IMG/VR virus record: IMGVR_UViG_3300032030_002018
Direction: 5' to 3' (one strand)
Length of the DNA: 64,000 bases
Source: a virus
Taxonomy: Duplodnaviria; Caudoviricetes
The position numbers and the translations under genes are program-made. Under the pieces are notes generated by a model that saw nothing but the letters and a program-made list of their open reading frames with translations, was not told the DNA's origin and did no database searches. Of this stretch, positions 9,184 to 19,029 are shown piece after piece (the stretch's first letter is position 1; each line of letters begins with the position of its first letter).

Positions 9184-10714
9184 CCCTGTTTCTTATCTCA
9201 ACAAGTTTGTTGTACATCCTCCTGAACGATTCCTGAACATCAGATACTTGCTGATTATTATCCACATTATTCGACGACAACCTACGATGCTCATTTATAG
9301 AGTCAACCATCTTAGCAAATTTGTAAACCTCACCCTTTACAGCATTAAAGGTATCAGGATTACTTAAATTCGGATTATGTATGAACATATTAACCAAATG
9401 ATTCTTGTCAAGTTTCAACATCATCAACGTCGCAAAAACACAAGCATCAAGAGCTTTCTTTGAATTGCCACTCCTATCCCTGTCAATGAAGTCTTGATTC
9501 ATATAATACGACCTTACCATATCATATACATCAGCACCCTTCAAACTACCAAATATTTCAGGTTGCTGAACAGCCAATTCATTAAAAGCATTTGTAACAG
9601 ATTCAACATTCCTCTCATTCACCTCAATCTGATTGGCAAAATCACTCGCATCCTTACCAGAAACAACATCACTGTAAACCTCAGTGTACCCACTCAACAA
9701 TTCCTCAAGCCTCTTGTTCATCAAACTAGTGTCAATGTTACCAAGAACATAATCATTATCAAAGTCCATCTTACTATAACCAGCAGTCGTATCCGTATAA
9801 TCATAATAAGCCTTCATATAAAAATGCTTCTGACCAATAGTCATAAGACCAGCTTTCCAATGGGCTCTGCTAAGAGCAGCCCTATTAAGAGAACTGACCT
9901 CCTGACTGTTATAACCGGTGTTAGCCTCTGCCTGAGAAGCATTAAATGCACCACTTTCAGCAGGAATTGAAAGAAATATAGGTAAAGCATTACCATTTAC
10001 CTTTCTTCCATACATATAATTCCATTGGTCTTCCGTCAATAAATATAAAGGTGCGCCTGACCTACCAGCATTTCGCCATTGCATAATCGCTAACGCCATA
10101 TTGTTAACACTATAAGCACCGAATTTCAACGCTTCCATCATACGCTTGACATCATCAGGAACAGTATCCAATACCTTCATCATATCATCAAGTGCCTTAT
10201 GAGCCTCTTCACCAAACTCAGCCAAAATAGACTTCATATCCCTGAAAAAACCCGCAATGTTCTGATAAGCAATCTGATTCCTTTCAAGACGAGGAAATTG
10301 ATTATCCCTTAAAAAATTGTAACTATCTTCGTCTAACTTATAATCATACTGATGCTCTCCACGAGATATCATACTGAAATAAGAATTGAGGAAAGACGGC
10401 AATTTACTGAAAAAACAATTCTCACCAACTAATAATTTGGAGAACTGAGGTAAAGCAGTGTCAGATTCATTAAACGTCACCATTATTTGTACGTCACCAA
10501 GTTTACCCTTACTAATACATTCAGGATAAGGTCTTAAACTTGAACCATTCTGCATAACACCTAATATATTATTAGCAATCAAATCATCAACGCCACGAGG
10601 CTTGACAATGTTATTCTCCTCATCAAGCCCACCAATCTTTATATGTAAAAAACCATTAGAACCATTGCTACCCTCCTTGAAAGTAACAAAAACAATTCCC
10701 TTAAATACAGCCAT
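9161..10714 (-). CDS. hypothetical protein with ArdC-N-like ssDNA-binding segment
   Basis: YSVNNMALAIMQ...TEDQWNYMYGRKVNGNALPIFLSIP; start chosen after TATTTAT motif. Confidence 0.5.
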   Translation of the reverse strand: MAVFKGIVFVTFKEGSNGSNGFLHIKIGGLDEENNIVKPRGVDDLIANNILGVMQNGSSLRPYPECISKGKLGDVQIMVTFNESDTALPQFSKLLVGENCFFSKLPSFLNSYFSMISRGEHQYDYKLDEDSYNFLRDNQFPRLERNQIAYQNIAGFFRDMKSILAEFGEEAHKALDDMMKVLDTVPDDVKRMMEALKFGAYSVNNMALAIMQWRNAGRSGAPLYLLTEDQWNYMYGRKVNGNALPIFLSIPAESGAFNASQAEANTGYNSQEVSSLNRAALSRAHWKAGLMTIGQKHFYMKAYYDYTDTTAGYSKMDFDNDYVLGNIDTSLMNKRLEELLSGYTEVYSDVVSGKDASDFANQIEVNERNVESVTNAFNELAVQQPEIFGSLKGADVYDMVRSYYMNQDFIDRDRSGNSKKALDACVFATLMMLKLDKNHLVNMFIHNPNLSNPDTFNAVKGEVYKFAKMVDSINEHRRLSSNNVDNNQQVSDVQESFRRMYNKLVEIRNRDAYGFIL

Positions 10715-10804
10715 AATTGCAATTAAAAACTTTTTTATATAAATATCTAATATCCTTAAAAATTGTACTTTTTCAAACATATACTCAATTTTTATCCACA
10801 AAAA

Positions 10805-10838
10805 TTTTGTTTTTATAAATAAAACATATATCTTTGCA
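10805..10838 (+). promoter_or_regulatory. Bacteroidota-type promoter
   Basis: TTTG...TAtcTTTG upstream of 10871. Confidence 0.65.
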
Positions 10839-10870
10839 CTGTTAATTCACTTTTAAAATAATATTAGAAT

Positions 10871-11350
10871 ATGTTTGAGAGACTTTTATTAAATGAACTG
10901 AACAGAATCAACGAAATGCTTGATGAACTTGAAACAATTACAAACATCAACAACGGCATTGAACTGTTCAAAGACGATTTTGACGATTCAAGAGTATTCG
11001 TCTTCGGATTACTCGGAGGAAAAGACTGCAAAACACCACAAAAGGAAGCACCAAAAGCAACACCGCTCAAAAGATGGGAAGTATGCGAGTGCGAACCAAA
11101 GGAAGACCCTAATAAGGTGTTCGGTGTTAACATCAGAGTTGATGAACCAAGACGTGAAGACTATGCATCACGTGTTGAATTCGAAAGAGACCACGAAAAG
11201 TTCGATAATCTTATTGACGCAGCAGCAGAATGCACCTGGGAAAATAAGGACAATGACGCTCCACTACACAAAGTGAACGCCATCAGAAGAAGAATCGAAG
11301 ACGGTCCTCCTATGAATGTCAACCTTGTTGGAGAAACTCATTGGTGGTAA
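10871..11350 (+). CDS. hypothetical protein
   Basis: 159-aa ORF with promoter and downstream hairpin. Confidence 0.7.
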   Translation: MFERLLLNELNRINEMLDELETITNINNGIELFKDDFDDSRVFVFGLLGGKDCKTPQKEAPKATPLKRWEVCECEPKEDPNKVFGVNIRVDEPRREDYASRVEFERDHEKFDNLIDAAAECTWENKDNDAPLHKVNAIRRRIEDGPPMNVNLVGETHWW

Positions 11351-11547
11351 ACAAAGGAAATACATCTATCCCGAATACAATTAATAAATTATATATAATT
11401 TATTATCTCTATCTATCTGTTGTGTTCGGGATATTTGTTATTTTAACATTTTTTAAAAGTGAAAATTTGGTATTACAAAATAAATAGTGTACATTTGCAT
11501 CGAAAATAAATCACAAAAACAATTTATACAAACTTAATTCAAAAAAA

Positions 11548-12543
11548 ATGGTAAAGAACAGAACAGAACTTCTTGAAATGGCAAACCATTTCGTTAAAGC
11601 AGCAAAGGATGACATCAAGTCAAAAATCAATGAAATCATTGACGAATTTGAAACAAACGAGGATGAAATCGCATACGCCCTCGGTGTCGAAAAATCTGAA
11701 ATCGACAAGGTGATGAGAGGTGACGGAGATATCCTCATAAGCACACTAGCAAAAGTGCTTATCTCAACAGACCACGTTGTTGAAATTAAACCACTTTCAG
11801 CAGTTCCAGAGGAAATTCGAAAGGAACTCGGACTTGGAGAACCAATTCCAACAGAAGAAAGAATCGACGCATTCTCACCAATCGAATTAGAAGGGTCAGA
11901 CGAATTCATTGACGAATTTGAAGAGGAAGACTTCAACGACGATGAGGAAACAGAAGATAACCCATTCGTTGGCGAACCAGTTGGAGAAGGTGTAAGAAAG
12001 GTTGCATTCTCATTTGGCGAAATGTTTATTAACTCAGATGGAAAGCCTTGTGACAAATATGGAAACGTACTTCCTCCACCACCAGGCATTGGTACACTTG
12101 ACCATCCAACAAGTGTAACAGAAGCACCTGTGTTTGAAACCCATACAACAACAGAGGGAGTTACACCAAGGGAAACAAGACGTCCAACTCCAACACGTGA
12201 CTCTCACGGTAGGTTTGTAAGCACAGGAGAGAGACAACTTCCACCAGAGGAATACTATGCAAGACTTGCAACAGAACGCCTCAAGAGAATTATTACACGC
12301 AACCATTGGACAGATGAAATTGACGTTGATAATGCAACAAGAAGAGAACTTATCAACTTCATCTCCGCCAAGGAACGCAGAATGAGCGAAAGCGAAACAG
12401 AATGCGAACATCGTCCAGAAACGCCACGGTGCGAAGCAACACATCATCATTGCGACAAAATTGATGAAATGCTTGAAAACCTCAAAAATGATGAAAATCT
12501 TAAAAAGGCTTTTAAAGGACTACTTTCTGCGCTTCTCGATTAA
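11548..12543 (+). CDS. hypothetical protein with N-terminal HTH
   Basis: NEDEIAYALGVEKSEIDKVMRG Xre-like HTH; TTTG/TAcaTTTG promoter at ~11466-11497. Confidence 0.65.
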   Translation: MVKNRTELLEMANHFVKAAKDDIKSKINEIIDEFETNEDEIAYALGVEKSEIDKVMRGDGDILISTLAKVLISTDHVVEIKPLSAVPEEIRKELGLGEPIPTEERIDAFSPIELEGSDEFIDEFEEEDFNDDEETEDNPFVGEPVGEGVRKVAFSFGEMFINSDGKPCDKYGNVLPPPPGIGTLDHPTSVTEAPVFETHTTTEGVTPRETRRPTPTRDSHGRFVSTGERQLPPEEYYARLATERLKRIITRNHWTDEIDVDNATRRELINFISAKERRMSESETECEHRPETPRCEATHHHCDKIDEMLENLKNDENLKKAFKGLLSALLD

Positions 12544-12679
12544 CAAGACTGCATAAGACAAAGTGTCAACCATAATAACTTATGTATGCATCCACTGACA
12601 AAATTATCATTGTCAGTGGATTTTTTTTGTACATTATTGATATTTATTATCAAAATAATTTAATATAATAGAACATAAT

Positions 12680-13103
12680 ATGAAAAAAAAAACTCATTAA
12701 ACTTACAGAATCCGACTTGAATAGAATCGTGAACAGGTCGGTGAAAAGAATACTTAGAGAAGATTTGGGGTCAGAATGGGAAAGTGGTTTTCCTCAATTT
12801 TGGGAATTATCAATACCAAACAAAAATATGAATTTAAGATACAAATTAACGCCACAAGATATGGAACTTATAAGCCAACATAGATTTGGTTTATGTAATT
12901 TATGGGAAATCATATGGGAAAACGTTCCAATTAATAAAAGAACAGGAAAGCCTTCAAAATCATTGAATTGGGATGTATATTACAAATATAAAGATAATCC
13001 AGCAAAAATATTCGAATGGTTGGCAAGACAAGGATATGATATATGGACAGAATGCGAAGAAATGGATTGGGAAGGCGTTTACGAAGATGATTATTTCAAA
13101 TAA
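12680..13103 (+). pseudogene. LTESDL-leader gene frameshifted in an A10 tract
   Basis: ATG+A10 gives MKKKTH*; with A9 it reads MKKKLIKLTESDLNRIVNRSVKRILRE into ORF 12717..13103. Confidence 0.7.
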
Positions 13104-13123
13104 TAATAAATAAAACAATAAAT

Positions 13124-13723
13124 ATGAATAAGACAATTAATCGTATATTTGATACTTTATCAAAAGCAGATATATCACCCACTTCAAATTATAGCGTACC
13201 AGAATATTGGATGCGTCGTGCAATGAAAGGTGATGAAAAATGTAAAAGGAATCTCTTTAATTGGATTTCAAATATGTTTGGAGTTGATGAACACACATTA
13301 AATTCAATTTTCAATGAGAAATATGGTATTAACGAGAATAGAAAAAAGAAACTCATTAAACTTACAGAATCCGACTTGCAAAGAATCGTGAACAGGTCTG
13401 TTAAGCAAGCACTGAAAGAAGCAAAAGTTGAAGACTGGGATGATGACGACTTCATTACTTGGGATGACTATGCTTATTATTGCAATCATAGTGCTGATTG
13501 GGTAGATAAAAATAGCGAAAAAAGTGACAGATTAGGAATTCCAGATGACGAAAGATGTTACTTTTGTCAAAAACCAGTAAAAAAATATAAAACACTTTAT
13601 GCAAAACCTGGGGAATATCCATATTATGGAAAGCCTGGTCAAGGGCGTACAGATACATTTAAAGTTGGACCAACTTGTGCAAAGGCTGTTGAAAAAGCAC
13701 ATAATGATAAATACGGAAAATAA
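13124..13723 (+). CDS. protein with internal LTESDL leader
   Basis: internal KKKLIKLTESDLQRIVNRSVKQALKE; C-terminal CxxC. Confidence 0.75.
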   Translation: MNKTINRIFDTLSKADISPTSNYSVPEYWMRRAMKGDEKCKRNLFNWISNMFGVDEHTLNSIFNEKYGINENRKKKLIKLTESDLQRIVNRSVKQALKEAKVEDWDDDDFITWDDYAYYCNHSADWVDKNSEKSDRLGIPDDERCYFCQKPVKKYKTLYAKPGEYPYYGKPGQGRTDTFKVGPTCAKAVEKAHNDKYGK

Positions 13724-14127
13724 TGAAAAGAAGAATTAGATTAACAGAATCAGACCTTCACAGAATTATTAACAGGTCAGTTAAAAGAGTACTGAAAGAA
13801 TCACAAAGACAGCAGGAGATTTTTACAATATCGGCACTTGACATTGAAAACGAAGAAGATGTAAGTGATATGCAATATTGTGGAAAATCTTATTATGATA
13901 TTGATGAAGCCATTGAAGCAGCAACAGAATTCGCTAAAACACTTTCTGATTATGATAGTGTGATTATTGTTACAGTCTATGGTGGAGAGTATGAAACACA
14001 AAGCGGAGATGTATATGGAGAACCGTTTGATATATACACAATATCTAATAGCGACCAAGAAACAACAGAAATCGCAAGAGAAGAAGCAGGATATTATAGG
14101 TTGGATGTTGATGACTATGCTGTATAA
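13723..14127 (+). CDS. LTESDL-leader protein
   Basis: MKRRIRLTESDLHRIINRSVKRVLKE. Confidence 0.75.
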   Translation: MKRRIRLTESDLHRIINRSVKRVLKESQRQQEIFTISALDIENEEDVSDMQYCGKSYYDIDEAIEAATEFAKTLSDYDSVIIVTVYGGEYETQSGDVYGEPFDIYTISNSDQETTEIAREEAGYYRLDVDDYAV

Positions 14128-14157
14128 TAATACAAAAAATTTTGAAACTAATAATTT

Positions 14158-14544
14158 ATGAAAAGAAGAATTAGATTAACAGAATCTGACCTGCATAGAA
14201 TTATTAACAGGTCTGTGAAAAGAATATTGAATGAAGTCAAACTTGATAATCCTCATAATAACTTAGGTTATGTTGATGATATGGTTTCAAATCACAAAGA
14301 CATATATTCAAAGGGTGCAAGAATTGAAGAATGTTTGGCAGAACTAATGGTTGATAACGGATTGACAATTGAAGATGTTGAACAATATGATAACCTTATG
14401 TCCATTATAGACCGCAATAGATTAAATGACGCAATAGAAGAATATAAATCATTTCTTCAAAAACAAGAGGCTTACGATAAAAAACAAGAATATGAAGCCT
14501 GGGCAGAAGACCAAATGTCAGATATGGGTTTAGATTATGAGTAA
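14158..14544 (+). CDS. LTESDL-leader protein
   Basis: MKRRIRLTESDLHRIINRSVKRILNE. Confidence 0.75.
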   Translation: MKRRIRLTESDLHRIINRSVKRILNEVKLDNPHNNLGYVDDMVSNHKDIYSKGARIEECLAELMVDNGLTIEDVEQYDNLMSIIDRNRLNDAIEEYKSFLQKQEAYDKKQEYEAWAEDQMSDMGLDYE

Positions 14545-14562
14545 ATAAAAAAAGGAAGACTT

Positions 14563-15768
14563 TTAGTTGTCTTCCTTTTTCCATATATATTTGAACAAAC
14601 CACAATCCCAAATTCTACCATAACCAATTGCATTTGCCATCTCTAATTCTGTCATTGTCATTGGTAATCCATATTTTTTACTTAATTTATCTTTCTTAAA
14701 TCTCTCCCTTCTAATACGCTCATAAGAATTCATATTGGCATAATAATATCCTGGTGGTGTTGAATATTCCAATTTAAATCCCAACTTTGTATATACATTA
14801 TTATCACTTGAAAGCGTCCATCTCTTGTCAGCAAACGAACGTATTTCAAATGGGTCATATTTCCTAACAAAATACTTGAATAACTTACCACCAATTCCCT
14901 GACATATACATCCATTCAAAGACGCAAATCTTGTTAAATTCCATTTGTTTTCACCCTCATTCAAAAACGACATTACACCAACAATCTCACCATTGTATAA
15001 TGCGCCAAGATGAATTGTAGAGCCAACAAATCCCTGAATGTGATTCTTATCCAAAAACATTTCAGCCTCATCTTTGCTAATCTCAATAATATCACACTTC
15101 CTACCAGGTATCTTCCTTATCATATCATCCTTACCGAAAATATGCTTAATCTTCGATAATACAACTTCAGGTCTATCCCTATATTCATCCTCCAATATCT
15201 GAATATAACGATAACCATTTGAATTGCACGTGAATAACCTATTCTTCAATAAACTCCTGTAATTAAAATGATGTAAATCAACAAGATTCTTGTTCTTATA
15301 TATGTCAATGGCAATATCACCAGCAACTAATCCAACAGTGCAATTGTTGTTTATCTTACGATTTAACTCATATTCAATACCATTCTCATCCAATAAAGAA
15401 ATAATCTTATTCAAAAACGAAATACGTGATACATTTACCTTCTTGATATGACCATTCCATCTATTAGTCTCAACACCATTGGAACTTAATATCTCACTAA
15501 CCTTGTCATACTTTAAATCATATTTCTCACATATTTCACTTATCTTCATATGCTTTGAAACATAATCCTTTATAATGGAAGAAACGGTCTTATTAGATAA
15601 ATCAATCTTATTACCAATACCCTTAACCTTTACACCACAAGACTTTAATAAATCAGTAATACCATTATTAGACTTGTGAAACATCTTGGCAAGAACCTTA
15701 ATACTACCATACTCATTATAAGCAGACTTTAATGCCTCCAAATCAATTTGCTTCGCAATCCTTCCCAT
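14563..15768 (-). CDS. Hef-like putative homing endonuclease with GNAT-like C-terminal domain
   Basis: HTH repeats, YIQILEDEY, FLDKNHIQG...LTRFAS...SFADKRW...IWDCG pattern. Confidence 0.6.
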   Translation of the reverse strand: MGRIAKQIDLEALKSAYNEYGSIKVLAKMFHKSNNGITDLLKSCGVKVKGIGNKIDLSNKTVSSIIKDYVSKHMKISEICEKYDLKYDKVSEILSSNGVETNRWNGHIKKVNVSRISFLNKIISLLDENGIEYELNRKINNNCTVGLVAGDIAIDIYKNKNLVDLHHFNYRSLLKNRLFTCNSNGYRYIQILEDEYRDRPEVVLSKIKHIFGKDDMIRKIPGRKCDIIEISKDEAEMFLDKNHIQGFVGSTIHLGALYNGEIVGVMSFLNEGENKWNLTRFASLNGCICQGIGGKLFKYFVRKYDPFEIRSFADKRWTLSSDNNVYTKLGFKLEYSTPPGYYYANMNSYERIRRERFKKDKLSKKYGLPMTMTELEMANAIGYGRIWDCGLFKYIWKKEDN

Positions 15769-16750
15769 ATACTAATAAACTTGTCCAATTATTTCTTTTT
15801 GCAGAATTATAAGCACCACCAAATTTCTTAATCATATCCCTTGCACCTTTGGATTTTCTTGCAGCATCTAACACGTTTTCCAACTTATCCCAATAACCAG
15901 CATCCTTATTCTTGTTTTCGAAAAATTCATCAATCCAACCATTCTTTACAGAAGAACTATAAGCTGGTTGATTACCAACTTTCATAGCATACTTTCCATC
16001 ATATTTCAATGCCTCTTCCTTGCATTTTTCATATGTCCATTTCAATGTTGCACCAAGAGAACCTTTACCAACGCCTGTTCTTGCCTTGTTTAAAGTAACC
16101 CATCCATCTGAAATGTATCTGTTTTTCCAATAATCTTCAAGTTCCTGACTCTTACTTGCAATCACATTCTCTTCTAATATCTTTGGAGAAGGAATCTCAA
16201 TATCATTCTCATTTGCAAATTTCCATACAATATCATATTCTCGTTCACCATCTGAATGACCATAACCTTTCCTATGCTGTCTGTCTCTTCTCTTTATATT
16301 ATTGGTTCTACCAACATAAAACGCCTTTAAATCAACAAATTCATAAACATATACAACATTAATAGGGTCATCATAACGCATATAATGAATTGAATCATCA
16401 TAAAACATTGAAGCAACCTCATCTAACCAATTGTGCTTTCTCAAACTAGTATAGCAAGGACTATTATGTTTCTCTAAATCAAATTTGTTATGATATTTAC
16501 GTGCTTCCTCAATGCAATGTTCTTTATCATTCCAATACCCAACAGGTTTATAAACTATACCATTTCTAACACACACAGGGCATCCTTGTTTCTTATTAAC
16601 CAACCTATAAAAATCCTTATGGAATTCTCCGTGTTCAGGACAAAACAGTGTGATATCAGATTTTGCATTCTTATATTCCCATCCTTCTTCTAATTTGTAC
16701 TTGTTACCGTGGACTTCTCTAATCTTTTCTAACGCTTCTTTAGTTTCCAT
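15743..16750 (-). CDS. GIY-YIG putative homing endonuclease
   Basis: CPEHGEF...GCPVC Zn module; VVYVYEF...FYVGRTNNIKRRDRQH; repeated W..E.C.EEA.KY units. Confidence 0.75.
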   Translation of the reverse strand: METKEALEKIREVHGNKYKLEEGWEYKNAKSDITLFCPEHGEFHKDFYRLVNKKQGCPVCVRNGIVYKPVGYWNDKEHCIEEARKYHNKFDLEKHNSPCYTSLRKHNWLDEVASMFYDDSIHYMRYDDPINVVYVYEFVDLKAFYVGRTNNIKRRDRQHRKGYGHSDGEREYDIVWKFANENDIEIPSPKILEENVIASKSQELEDYWKNRYISDGWVTLNKARTGVGKGSLGATLKWTYEKCKEEALKYDGKYAMKVGNQPAYSSSVKNGWIDEFFENKNKDAGYWDKLENVLDAARKSKGARDMIKKFGGAYNSAKRNNWTSLLVYGKDCEAN

Positions 16751-16924
16751 ATATCAAATAATTTTATACTCCAAATATATATAAAAAAAGTTAAAAAAAC
16801 AAATTTATAACAATATATTTTAATAACTTTTTCCTAATAATAAATATAATAAGGCATTAAAAAAGATAACTTTTTCCTAACTATTTTTCATTTCTGAATG
16901 AATATTTGCATTATAAAACGGAAA

Positions 16925-16955
16925 AAGTTACCGAATTTTCACTCGGTAACCTTTC
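16925..16955 (-). terminator. terminator downstream of major capsid gene
   Basis: gttaccga / tcggtaac hairpin. Confidence 0.6.
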
Positions 16956-16980
16956 TAAATTATTGATTTTCAACAAGTTA

Positions 16981-18987
16981 TTAACGCAACTCACTGATTG
17001 ACCAATGAACAAGTCCGTCCACCCTCACGTGGCCGTAAAAGCGATTGTTGACTACCTTCTTCGCATATCTCGTCATTATACCTTTGACGGGAGCAAAGTT
17101 AAATGGATTATACATAGTAGGTGTTAACTGCATTGGCACGTATGGTGCGTAAATATAACCTGTGTCGAGGAGTGACTTACCCTTGTGACCGATGATAATT
17201 GACCAGTGTGGTGAATATGGGTCACGATAAACTTGGTAGCGTCCTGCGAGTGCGCCAATCTTTTCAATACCCATATTGTACTGGTCGCTTTCTGCGCTTG
17301 CGTCAGAAACGTGGAAGTACTCAAGGTTATCGAAGAGTGCGGATATTTCAGAAGATACTACAATGAAGTTTGCGCCACCACGGAGAGTTGCCTTATGTAT
17401 CTGTGCTGAAATCTGGTTAATCTTTGTGAAGAGTTCCTGGTTCCAGTCCTTCTGAGTGTAGTTAGTAGAGAATGCTGCCATTCTTCTCCAACCGTTGACA
17501 TCCCATCTTGCCTGCCAAGGAGCGGCTTTACGGAGGTCACGAAGAATCTCACGGTCAATTTCTGCTGCGATTTGTTCAGAAAGAATTGCTGTAAGTTCTG
17601 CCTCTGCGTCAATGTTATGGAATGCGCTAACGTCCTGTGCAAGTTCAGGAGACCAAGTTGCACGAAGTTTTCTTTCAGTAACTGATACTGTTACAGAATC
17701 GAGTTTGAAAGAAACCTCACCGATTTCGGTTTCAAGTTCAAGTGAATCGTACTGTGCCCAAGCAATCTTGAAGATTTCTGCTGTTGCATCTACATCAGTT
17801 GGGAATTCTCCAAGTGAATCTGCTGATACACCAACATAACCGTCAATTGTTCCACCTTGCTGCTTAACTGGTTTTGCGAGGTCAAGTTCAAGATAGATAT
17901 TTCCTTCTGCGTCACAAGCGCTGGAGTATTCTACAATACCCTTACCGTACTTTTGAGTAGCAACACGGAAAGGAACAGATTCAAACTGCTTGAAAGAAGA
18001 TGTGGTAACGCCAGATGCGCCTTCAACTTCACCAGCTGCAAGTTCCTTCATTGTGATAACTTTCAAAGAAGCCAAGAAAGCTTCTGTATCCATTTCGTTT
18101 CCGTCAGGACCTGTAAGTTTAGAAGCGTTGAAAGAAGAGAAGCCACCTACTTTAAGGATGACGTTACGAACAGTTCCGTCAAATCCGTTAAGTTGCCAGG
18201 TTACACCACTTGGAGGGGTATCCATACCTCTTGGAGTAAGGAATACAGGTGTTGCTTCACCAACCTTGATAGTAACTTTACCCTTAGAATTGTCATAAAG
18301 GAAGTCGTTATAGAAGAGGTCGTAAAGTGACTTTTGGAAGTACTTTGTTACCTCAGGACCAGCCTGACGATAGTTAGATGCAGGGATTGTTGGGTCAGCC
18401 TTAACTGCCTGTTGAAGTGCGTAACCGCTTTCGTATTCGTCTTCACCTGCTTCGATAGCTGGATTGATTTTTACAAACTTCTTTTCAAGTTCGTTAATTG
18501 TCTCGTCTGGGAGATAGTAGCGTGGTTCAACTTGTCCACCCTTATTGTTATTAACTCTATCGTAACCCATAAGACCTGTATGACGTCCTGTAGTTCCGTC
18601 TACGATATCACCAGGAGTGTACTCTTGGTCTGTTGGAAGTTCCCACTCTCTTTCTGATGTAACAGGAAGGATGAAGAACAACTTACCCACTGGCAAGTTC
18701 ATTGCCTGAACAGAAACGATATCGTTAGCAAGCAATTTGCTGAACACACGGCGAATGATAGGGAACACAACTGTTTCAAAAGAACCGCTGTTATCGGCTG
18801 CTGTTGCTTCTGAAATAAGGTGTTTTGCCTCGTTTTCGTAGAGTGTAGCGATATTTTCCTTAATAGTACCTTCAAGACCTTCGGTAAATCCGAGAGAGTC
18901 CCAACGTTTTTGGATGCTTTCACGAATCCTTCTCTGTTCGTTCAGTTCGATATTACCAACCTGTCCGCTTGATAAAAATTCTCTCAT
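16981..18987 (-). CDS. major capsid protein, T4 gp23-like
   Basis: LLANDIVSVQAMNLPVG, RKLRATWSPELAQDVSAFHNIDAEAEL, YAPYVP, KGIMTRY. Confidence 0.95.
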   Translation of the reverse strand: MREFLSSGQVGNIELNEQRRIRESIQKRWDSLGFTEGLEGTIKENIATLYENEAKHLISEATAADNSGSFETVVFPIIRRVFSKLLANDIVSVQAMNLPVGKLFFILPVTSEREWELPTDQEYTPGDIVDGTTGRHTGLMGYDRVNNNKGGQVEPRYYLPDETINELEKKFVKINPAIEAGEDEYESGYALQQAVKADPTIPASNYRQAGPEVTKYFQKSLYDLFYNDFLYDNSKGKVTIKVGEATPVFLTPRGMDTPPSGVTWQLNGFDGTVRNVILKVGGFSSFNASKLTGPDGNEMDTEAFLASLKVITMKELAAGEVEGASGVTTSSFKQFESVPFRVATQKYGKGIVEYSSACDAEGNIYLELDLAKPVKQQGGTIDGYVGVSADSLGEFPTDVDATAEIFKIAWAQYDSLELETEIGEVSFKLDSVTVSVTERKLRATWSPELAQDVSAFHNIDAEAELTAILSEQIAAEIDREILRDLRKAAPWQARWDVNGWRRMAAFSTNYTQKDWNQELFTKINQISAQIHKATLRGGANFIVVSSEISALFDNLEYFHVSDASAESDQYNMGIEKIGALAGRYQVYRDPYSPHWSIIIGHKGKSLLDTGYIYAPYVPMQLTPTMYNPFNFAPVKGIMTRYAKKVVNNRFYGHVRVDGLVHWSISELR

Positions 18988-19029
18988 ATTATTAATAAAT
19001 GTTATAATTAATTATTTTCATTTGTTTTA

